DNA from: a virus
Strand: one strand, 5' to 3'
Virus record (IMG/VR): IMGVR_UViG_3300048625_000156
Location: 1-64,000 of that record
DNA length: 64,000 nt
Part shown: in pieces, positions 17,217 through 23,509 of the stretch
Layout of the letters: every line of letters begins with the position of its first letter
Numbering within the stretch: position 1 is the first letter of the stretch
Position numbers and translations under genes: made by a program
The notes under the pieces: generated by a model
Database searches by the model: none
What the model was told of the DNA's origin: nothing
The model's input: the letters and a program-made list of their open reading frames with translations, nothing else

Positions 17217-17507
17217 TTATTCCTTGTCGTTTGTTAATGTTTCCCAGGTGTTTGCCCAGTCTTGCTTTGTCCGATGGTCGTTGAACTCTCTTGAGATTTT
17301 ACCCTTTTCAAGATACACACCACCCCAGACTCCCCATTCCTTTTGTGAAACGCCTACAGCGAAACACATTCTGGAAACTGGGCAGTCAGCACAGTACTCG
17401 TCAATTGCTGGACGTAGGTCTTTGTCTTCTTCATATTTGTCAAAGAAAAGATTTGTGTCCCAGTCTTTACAAGCTGCATCGTCCTGCCAACTATCTGTTC
17501 TGTCCAT
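17217..17507 (-). CDS. whiB: WhiB-family Fe-S transcription factor
   Basis: W...AAC....NLFF...CADCPVSRMC...GVWGG. Confidence 0.9.
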   Translation of the reverse strand: MDRTDSWQDDAACKDWDTNLFFDKYEEDKDLRPAIDEYCADCPVSRMCFAVGVSQKEWGVWGGVYLEKGKISREFNDHRTKQDWANTWETLTNDKE

Positions 17508-17715
17508 TAGTAGCCAACTTGTTAGGGATGGTCCAACCATCTGTATTCGGCTCGTAACGCTTCTGTAGGATCCACTTACCGTTCTTGTAAGCACCATCCT
17601 TGTTCATCCAAGCCGTTGGGGAAGACTTCTGCTCAAGCACAGTCCATCCGTCCCATGATAGAGACTCATTGTTATCTACAATGGTCTCCATTTGTTGTAG
17701 AGAATTAACGTTCAT
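17491..17715 (-). CDS. Hypothetical protein
   Basis: AAGGAGA SD. Confidence 0.7.
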   Translation of the reverse strand: MNVNSLQQMETIVDNNESLSWDGWTVLEQKSSPTAWMNKDGAYKNGKWILQKRYEPNTDGWTIPNKLATNGQNR

Positions 17716-18082
17716 AGTTATCTCCTTCTGTATAGATTACCTTTTTGATTTGTGTTTCTTCAATTACTACCTCGCAACGATTGCAGGGCTTGCTGTATCG
17801 ATCCTCACCCTTGGCGTTAACCCTGGCAATGTAAAGAACAGCACCCTTTACATTCCAGCTGGCATCCCTGATCGCATCTACTTCAGCATGTGTTGAACAA
17901 TGCGTTTTGATGTGTTCAGGCGATACTCTATCTGGGTGATTCCTATCCTTATTAAAACCAGTACCAATTACTCTACCGCCCTTAACTAGGAGTGCTCCGT
18001 GTCGTTGACGAGACGCTGACTTGGTAGCCATGTATCGTGCAACAGACAGGAAAGACTTTTCACTGTTGCTGAGACCTATCAA
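17705..18082 (-). CDS. Cytidine/dCMP deaminase-family protein
   Basis: HAE and PCNRC zinc motifs. Confidence 0.85.
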   Translation of the reverse strand: MIGLSNSEKSFLSVARYMATKSASRQRHGALLVKGGRVIGTGFNKDRNHPDRVSPEHIKTHCSTHAEVDAIRDASWNVKGAVLYIARVNAKGEDRYSKPCNRCEVVIEETQIKKVIYTEGDNYER

Positions 18083-18432
18083 TATCGATAGACTCCCACT
18101 TCAATATCTTTAGCATCTGCCATGCCAATTACTTCTGGCAATGTCTCTTTTGGCTTGCTAAAATATAACAAGTGGTTGATATCTTTTAAGTTTTCTTTAA
18201 TCCAGCTAGGTGGAACCCTAACTAACTTAGTCTTGATTCCGTAAGCTTTTAAACTACGCTCGTTGACATTGAGGAACTCCTGGACAAACTCGTTAATGTT
18301 TACTGGTCCTGCAGTAAAAACAAAAAACTCTTTGTCTTCATTTTCGTTTGCCTTACGCAGGGCTGTTCCAATGCCTCGCATAAAAACCATATAGTCGCTA
18401 AAGTTACGACTACCTTGAACTGCCACGATCAT
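18079..18432 (-). CDS. Possible SLOG/YspA-like protein
   Basis: N-terminal MIVAVQGSRNFSDY resembles the SLOG GSR motif. Confidence 0.45.
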   Translation of the reverse strand: MIVAVQGSRNFSDYMVFMRGIGTALRKANENEDKEFFVFTAGPVNINEFVQEFLNVNERSLKAYGIKTKLVRVPPSWIKENLKDINHLLYFSKPKETLPEVIGMADAKDIEVGVYRY

Positions 18433-18835
18433 TGTTCAGTCCTTCCGTTAATTTCTCTACAATGAAAATTGTCTTGTCTAATTGTACCTTATCCATGGTC
18501 ATTGTGTCAACCTTTTCTCCAGATTCTTTATCAAAATTTCCTTCAATGATGTCTGCTGAGTACAAAGTGTTGTCACTAATCCACCAAGCCTTACTATCAA
18601 TGAATAGGATGCGAGTACTAACTCTGTCAAAGTGTTTAGAAGCTTGTGTGTTTATCTTCCTGCCAAAGCTTGGCATCAGGTCTGCTATTGGTATCATTCC
18701 TTTAAGCATCTCATGCGTATGAGACTGACGAAACTTTATCTCTTTCAGCTTCATAACTTTTGCTTTCTTCTGCACCATCTTATTAAACGCAACCAGCGTT
18801 CCTAGTGTGCATACTGCTGCAATAAAGTATTCCAT
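18410..18835 (-). CDS. Hypothetical protein with N-terminal TM
   Basis: ORF track. Confidence 0.65.
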   Translation of the reverse strand: MEYFIAAVCTLGTLVAFNKMVQKKAKVMKLKEIKFRQSHTHEMLKGMIPIADLMPSFGRKINTQASKHFDRVSTRILFIDSKAWWISDNTLYSADIIEGNFDKESGEKVDTMTMDKVQLDKTIFIVEKLTEGLNNDRGSSR

Positions 18836-18858
18836 AAGTCCCTAAACTAATTATACTA

Positions 18859-19092
18859 CTAGTCTTCGCCCTGTAGACGATTTTCTACAAGTCGTTCACG
18901 TTCATCGATGATTTCGTAAAAGATTTTTTCAAACTTTGGACCTGCTCCAAGACTTAAGTGTCGCTTGTAGTGGTGTCCGCAGAAGTCCAAGAAGCCGTCT
19001 GGAGCAACCAGCCGAACATAAGCTTGTGCGTAGCACATGCCTTCATCGCATCGATCTGTTGCCAGTAGTACATATTCTTTAGTTTCAACCAT
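18859..19092 (-). CDS. Small Zn-binding actinobacterial-type hypothetical protein
   Basis: DRCD..C.AQAYV...L.FCGHH. Confidence 0.7.
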   Translation of the reverse strand: MVETKEYVLLATDRCDEGMCYAQAYVRLVAPDGFLDFCGHHYKRHLSLGAGPKFEKIFYEIIDERERLVENRLQGED

Positions 19093-19126
19093 ACTATATT
19101 ATACCTTGAAAGTCTCAATAAAGCAA

Positions 19127-19152
19127 GTATGCCCCCAAAATAGGGGGCATAC
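19127..19152 (-). terminator. Intrinsic terminator
   Basis: GTATGCCCCC/GGGGGCATAC stem after the endolysin. Confidence 0.65.
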
Positions 19153-19155
19153 CTT

Positions 19156-19806
19156 TTACTTGATTGTTGGTAAAGCTTTTGCCAAAGCCCCATATGTCAT
19201 TGGACCAGGGATTCCATCAATTGCTCCTGCGTACCCAAACTTAGCCTTAAGCCATTTCTGAGCAGCAGTCCAGGTTTTTGGTCCTGGAATACCATCAATT
19301 GCACCGTTGTAACCATAGGCTACAAGTAGTGTCTGAATCTTTTTCCATTTTGCAGCGTCAGGGGAAAGTGTTGCTCCTGTTCCACCACCAAATGAACAGT
19401 GCCAGGATTCCGATGGGATGTCAAAATGAAAGCCATGCTTATTAAAGATAGCGTTCACTGTAGCATTGTCTCGCCCTGGGCTAACATCTGCAGCTTTCCC
19501 CCAACCGTGGATTGATCCACCTGGATAGGCTGCGGCTGGGGTTTCTCCCCTTTGCATTCTGCCATATTGAAACCACTGCGATGACTTGCCACTAGCAGTC
19601 TTGTGTTCATCTTTGACCTTAGCGTCCCCAGGAACTCCTAGTGGACGATAACCCTCATTGATATGGATTTTAATTCCTTTTGCACGGATCTCTGCTAGTG
19701 CTGCAGCCATAGCTTTCGCTGCTGTAGCCTCAAAATAGTGTCCTTCAACACTACCCATTGCAGAAGATGGAATTGCACCGTTCTTGTGTCCTCCCCAAGC
19801 ACCCAT
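19156..19806 (-). CDS. Endolysin, M15-type peptidase with peptidoglycan-binding C-terminus
   Basis: EGYR...AAYPGGSIHGWGKAAD...ESWH; two AIDGIPGP.T repeats. Confidence 0.85.
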   Translation of the reverse strand: MGAWGGHKNGAIPSSAMGSVEGHYFEATAAKAMAAALAEIRAKGIKIHINEGYRPLGVPGDAKVKDEHKTASGKSSQWFQYGRMQRGETPAAAYPGGSIHGWGKAADVSPGRDNATVNAIFNKHGFHFDIPSESWHCSFGGGTGATLSPDAAKWKKIQTLLVAYGYNGAIDGIPGPKTWTAAQKWLKAKFGYAGAIDGIPGPMTYGALAKALPTIK

Positions 19807-19909
19807 TATCCGAGCACCTCCGAAGACCTGTTACTTACTGTAGAAAGATATTTTGTCATATTATCTCTCCCTTCAATTGATTCTACCAGAAAAGGGAGCA
19901 AATGTCAAA

Positions 19910-20086
19910 CTATTTATCTTTACTGTAGAACCCTGAACCGTTAAATGTAACTGCCCCAAGGTTAAATACCCTGTTCATTTTGTTTCCACAGGATTCGCAA
20001 AAGTGTGTTTTTTCTGGATCAGATATTGATCTTACTTCTGAGAATGATAGATCACATTCTCTACAAGCGTATTCGTATGTTGGCAT
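19910..20086 (-). CDS. FmdB-family zinc ribbon protein (not in ORF track)
   Basis: MPTYEYACREC...CESCG...F.GSGFY. Confidence 0.85.
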   Translation of the reverse strand: MPTYEYACRECDLSFSEVRSISDPEKTHFCESCGNKMNRVFNLGAVTFNGSGFYSKDK

Positions 20087-20155
20087 AGTTTCCTTAAACT
20101 AGAAATGGTCCCCCAGAACTTGAGGGACCATTCCATTATACTACAGATTGGCTAA

Positions 20156-20992
20156 TTATCCAAGCTTTGCCCAAGTCTTTGGACCGATGATTCCATCAGC
20201 AGTTAGACCATGCTTCTTCTGAAGAGCTTTAACTGCGTTAGCTGTGGCTGGACCAAAAGCTCCGTCTACTGTTAGACCTAGCTTCTTCTGGATATACTTA
20301 ACAGCTTCTCCCTTAGATCCCTGCTTGATATACTTACCAGGATAAGCCATCTTTGCAGCTGATGGCTTTGGTGCAACCTCTGCTGGATCTACAACCTTTG
20401 CCTCTTCTGGTACTTCTACCGTTGGTACGTCTGGAAGTGAGTGAGTAGGTGCTACAGTTACTGGAGCAGACTCTGGTGTGTCTTTGTGAGCTTCCTCGTT
20501 AACCTTTTCCCATTCAATAACAGCCTTGATGAAAGCCATAGGGTCGTAGTAACCCTTACCGTTGTGGAAGCCAGCCATTGGCTGACCCTTAATGTGACCT
20601 GCCCAGATTTCCCAGTGAAGGTGCTTACCAGTTGCGAAACCAGTTTCACCCATCTTACCAACTACCTGACCAGCAGTAATACGCTGACCCTTCTTGACCT
20701 TGATCGAACCCTTTACCATGTGGAAGTAGGTCCATGTGACCTTCTTGCCCATGACTGTGGACTGAACAATGATTGAGTGACCACCAGATGTTGGTGAGTC
20801 GTTTGGCTTGACAGCAATTACCTTACCATCTGCCCATGCTTCTAGGTAAGTGGTTGCTCCACCCTGCCAGATGTCGACACCATTGTGGTGCTTCTTTACT
20901 TTCTTAATTGGGTGCATTCTCCAACCAAATGGTGAAGTTACCTTCCAGGCTTTTCCTGGTTTCCCATCTACTGGGTATTGTGATTTTGCCAT
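20156..20992 (-). CDS. Endolysin, M23 peptidase plus peptidoglycan-binding domain
   Basis: HNGVD, YFH, TGKHLHWE; C-terminal DGAFGPAT/DGIIGPKTW. Confidence 0.9.
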   Translation of the reverse strand: MAKSQYPVDGKPGKAWKVTSPFGWRMHPIKKVKKHHNGVDIWQGGATTYLEAWADGKVIAVKPNDSPTSGGHSIIVQSTVMGKKVTWTYFHMVKGSIKVKKGQRITAGQVVGKMGETGFATGKHLHWEIWAGHIKGQPMAGFHNGKGYYDPMAFIKAVIEWEKVNEEAHKDTPESAPVTVAPTHSLPDVPTVEVPEEAKVVDPAEVAPKPSAAKMAYPGKYIKQGSKGEAVKYIQKKLGLTVDGAFGPATANAVKALQKKHGLTADGIIGPKTWAKLG

Positions 20993-21055
20993 AATGCATC
21001 ATCTCCTTCTGTATAATTATACAGCATAAAAGTCCTGATCAGCAAGTAGTTTTTG

Positions 21056-21126
21056 CTCTCCCCCCTGGATTCGAACCAAGAATATCTGAGTCAAAGTCAG
21101 AGGTGTTGCCGTTACACTAAGGGAGA
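21056..21126 (-). tRNA. tRNA-Gln(UUG)
   Basis: Cloverleaf; anticodon loop CT-TTG-AC. Confidence 0.9.
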
Positions 21127-21127
21127 T

Positions 21128-21201
21128 TGGCTTCCTTGTCTGGATTCGAACCAAAACTAACAGATTCAGAGTCTGTGATGCTACCGTTACATTACAAGGA
21201 A
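21128..21201 (-). tRNA. tRNA-Gln(CUG)
   Basis: Cloverleaf with CCA. Confidence 0.9.
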
Positions 21202-21202
21202 A

Positions 21203-21279
21203 TGGTACACCTGGCTGGACTTGAACCAGCGACCTCATTCTTATCAGGAATGTATTCTAACCAACTGAAATACAGGTGT
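21203..21279 (-). tRNA. tRNA-Ile(GAU)
   Basis: Cloverleaf with CCA. Confidence 0.9.
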
Positions 21280-21280
21280 A

Positions 21281-21354
21281 TGGTGGACTTGCATGGTATC
21301 GAACCATGTTCCGCAGATTAAGAGTCTGCTGCATCACCTTAATGCTTCAAGTCC
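21281..21354 (-). tRNA. tRNA-Lys(CUU)
   Basis: Cloverleaf with CCA. Confidence 0.88.
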
Positions 21355-21358
21355 AGAG

Positions 21359-21429
21359 TGGGTCATCATGGTAACGATCCATGTTCCACGGATTAAAAGT
21401 CCGTTGCATCACCTTAATGCTTATAACCC
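21359..21429 (-). tRNA. tRNA-Lys(UUU)
   Basis: Cloverleaf; atypical T-loop ATCGTTA. Confidence 0.82.
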
Positions 21430-21430
21430 C

Positions 21431-21518
21431 TGGCGGAAATAGCAGGATTCGAACCTACGGTAGATTGTTCTACGACGGTTTAGCAAACCGTTGCCTTAAG
21501 CCTCTCAGCCATATTTCC
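21431..21518 (-). tRNA. tRNA-Ser(GCU)
   Basis: Long variable arm, CCA. Confidence 0.9.
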
Positions 21519-21625
21519 ATTTGTAGTAGCAACTTATTAAGTTCTACTACTTGAGACGTGACTCTCTTTTCTGCAGCATTCCTGCATCCGAATACCCCCC
21601 AAGTCCAGTACCATACAGGGGATCG

Positions 21626-21698
21626 TACTCGTGGTGAGACTTGAACTCACACTGTCTAGTTCCTAAGACTAGTGCCTCTGCCATTGGGCTACACGAGC
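21626..21698 (-). tRNA. tRNA-Leu(UAG), short variable loop
   Basis: Leu-type D arm, A73, only a 5-nt variable region. Confidence 0.85.
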
Positions 21699-21699
21699 T

Positions 21700-21787
21700 T
21701 GGCGGAAGGTGGGGGAATCGAACCCCCAAGGCTTTTACACTCAACTGTTTTCAAAACAGGCTCCATCGCCAATTGGATTGACCTTCC
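21700..21787 (-). tRNA. tRNA-Ser(UGA)
   Basis: Long variable arm, G73, CCA. Confidence 0.88.
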
Positions 21788-21788
21788 G

Positions 21789-21860
21789 TACCGATAAAAG
21801 GATTCGAACCTTTAACCTCTTGCTTCGTAGGCAAGTACTCTTCCATTGAGTTATATCGGT
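21789..21860 (-). tRNA. tRNA-Arg(ACG)
   Basis: Cloverleaf. Confidence 0.88.
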
Positions 21861-21861
21861 C

Positions 21862-21939
21862 TGGTCCAGATAGGAGGATTCGAACCTCCGACCCCTCGGT
21901 CCCAAACCGAGTGCTCTAGCCAAACTGAGCTATATCTAG
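21862..21939 (-). tRNA. tRNA-Pro(UGG)
   Basis: Cloverleaf with CCA. Confidence 0.9.
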
Positions 21940-21943
21940 ACAG

Positions 21944-22016
21944 TGGATCTTGGGAGATTTGAACTCCCGACTTTCTGCTTGCAAAGCAGACACTCTACCA
22001 ACTGAGTTAAAGACCC
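21944..22016 (-). tRNA. tRNA-Ala(UGC)
   Basis: G3:U70 present. Confidence 0.9.
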
Positions 22017-22090
22017 TGGGGTGAACAGAGGGAATTGAACCCTCAACTCCTGGACCACAACCAGGTGTTTTACCATTAAACTATGCACAC
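22017..22090 (-). tRNA. tRNA-His(GUG)
   Basis: Cloverleaf, C73, CCA. Confidence 0.88.
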
Positions 22091-22092
22091 AG

Positions 22093-22172
22093 TCCCTGTT
22101 GTAAGAATCGAACTTACCATGCCATTGGCGACGGTTTTACAGACCGCTTCTCCACCTTGGAGAATAACAGGG
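22093..22172 (-). tRNA. tRNA-Tyr(GUA) with C1:G72
   Basis: Acceptor CCCTGTT/AACAGGG, long variable arm. Confidence 0.85.
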
Positions 22173-22173
22173 T

Positions 22174-22251
22174 TGGTTGCGGAGGTGGGATTCGAACCCA
22201 CGACCTTGAGCTTATGAGGCTCCTGAGCTGACCTAGCTGCTCCACTCCGCA
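22174..22251 (-). tRNA. tRNA-Met(CAU), initiator-like
   Basis: TGCGGAG...GGAGCAGC...CCGCAACCA like fMet, but U1:A72 and no 3-GC anticodon stem. Confidence 0.85.
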
Positions 22252-22265
22252 ATGCTTATTTATCT

Positions 22266-22280
22266 CTATTTAGTTTTCAA
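22266..22280 (-). promoter_or_regulatory. boxA-like antitermination element
   Basis: TTGAAAACTAAATAG in the Phe-Met spacer resembles Gram-positive rrn boxA (TTTGARAACT). Confidence 0.5.
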
Positions 22281-22281
22281 G

Positions 22282-22354
22282 TCCTACCAACTGGAATCGA
22301 ACCAGTAACCTTCTGTGCTTCAAACAGATGCTCTCCCAATTGAGCTATAGCAGG
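22282..22354 (-). tRNA. tRNA-Phe(GAA)
   Basis: Cloverleaf; loop TT-GAA-GC. Confidence 0.85.
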
Positions 22355-22428
22355 TGGCAAAGTATGTAGGAATCGAACCCACGCCAACAGGGTTGGAAGC
22401 TGTTGTGCTACCACTACACCAATACGAT
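22355..22428 (-). tRNA. tRNA-Trp(CCA)
   Basis: Cloverleaf with CCA; mismatches at acceptor pairs 2 and 3 and at 31:39. Confidence 0.8.
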
Positions 22429-22496
22429 ATGATTGTTAGGAATTCACTAGATTTGTGTGATTTGGGATGTTATTGAATTATGGAATTAAGCTGGGA
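22429..22496 (-). terminator. Putative Rho utilisation (rut) tract
   Basis: 68 nt with 19 C and 3 G on the transcribed strand, directly after the leader ORF stop. Confidence 0.55.
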
Positions 22497-22589
22497 TTAA
22501 ATCGACCACGCACGATAAATAGGGGCGTGTGACAGCTGACTAAATCGCTGCTTCATAACGCCTCCTTGATGTTTCATCGTGAATTCCAT
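22497..22589 (-). CDS. Putative leader (attenuator) peptide of the tRNA operon
   Basis: MEFTMKHQGGV-MKQRFSQLSHAPIYRAWSI; leaderless ATG 6 nt after -10, second in-frame ATG (22556) with AAGGAGG SD; codons mirror downstream tRNAs. Confidence 0.75.
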   Translation of the reverse strand: MEFTMKHQGGVMKQRFSQLSHAPIYRAWSI

Positions 22590-22595
22590 AACTAT

Positions 22596-22624
22596 ATTGT
22601 AGCATATATTTTATGCTTGTGCAA
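22596..22624 (-). promoter_or_regulatory. Internal promoter of the tRNA array
   Basis: TTGCAC-N17-TACAAT with extended TGn. Confidence 0.75.
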
Positions 22625-22639
22625 GTATTTCTTGCATCG

Positions 22640-22711
22640 TACCCCCAAGGAGAATTGAACTCCTGTTACCAAATTGAAAATCTGGGGTCTTGACCACTAG
22701 ACGATGGGGGC
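22640..22711 (-). tRNA. tRNA-Glu(UUC)
   Basis: Cloverleaf. Confidence 0.88.
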
Positions 22712-22712
22712 G

Positions 22713-22788
22713 TGGAGGTGTAGGTGAGAATCGAACTCACACTGAATAGTTTTGCAGACTACCACATTTGCCATTCTGTCACAACACC
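22713..22788 (-). tRNA. tRNA-Cys(GCA)
   Basis: U73, CCA. Confidence 0.85.
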
Positions 22789-22792
22789 ACTG

Positions 22793-22864
<72 letters not shown>

Positions 22865-23031
22865 AAGTGTAGGATCTTGGGTAATCACTCCCTCACCTAC
22901 TGAGTTATTGCTACATCGGTAACTAACCGCTGAGAGGATCTGACCTCACAAGGTAAGTTTATAGATACTTACATCTGGCAATATTATAACATAGAATTGC
23001 CCCACTACGTATAGGCGATTAATTCCTATAG

Positions 23032-23104
23032 CGTCTCCGATGGGATTTGAACCCACGATCCCCTGGCTGACAACCAGGTGCTTTAACCACTAAGCCACGG
23101 AGAC
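23032..23104 (-). tRNA. tRNA-Asp(GUC)
   Basis: Cloverleaf, G73. Confidence 0.9.
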
Positions 23105-23183
23105 TTGGGCACTTGGTCAGACTTTGTGCCTGACTGTAAAGGCACGAAATAGCTGCATACACAACCGTCTCTAGCAAGTACCG

Positions 23184-23254
23184 AGCGAATAGGGAGAATC
23201 GAACTCCCATAGTCTGCTTGGAAGGCAGAAGTTTTACCACTAAACTATATTCGC
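23184..23254 (-). tRNA. tRNA-Gly(UCC)
   Basis: GCG start, U73. Confidence 0.9.
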
Positions 23255-23418
23255 AGTTGAGGTATGCAGACAATCAATCCCATACCTCTGGGTCTTTTCC
23301 TAAGACGAGCGACCAACTCCGAACCGATAACGAGAGATTCCTACACGCTTACTGTGTCGCTGTAAGAGCGTTCATTTGTCCGAAATGAAACGGTTGTGAT
23401 AGTGATTAGCTATCATCG

Positions 23419-23504
23419 CTCCCAGAGTAGGAATCGAACCTACGACGCTCTTGCGAGAACAGATTAACAGTCTGGCGGTACCAGCCAACAGTACCCCTCT
23501 AGGA
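23419..23504 (-). tRNA. tRNA-Asn(GUU) with long variable arm
   Basis: TCC start, G73, extra CTC-GCAA-GAG hairpin. Confidence 0.8.
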
Positions 23505-23509
23505 ATATA

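Noticed and set aside
21626-21787. Possible suppressor or selenocysteine tRNAs (CTA and TCA visible on the plus strand)
   Set aside because: Genes are on the minus strand, so anticodons are UAG (Leu) and UGA (Ser); no evidence of stop-codon recoding in the ORFs
23255-23416. Hammerhead ribozyme
   Set aside because: No CUGAnGA core in correct context on the transcribed strand
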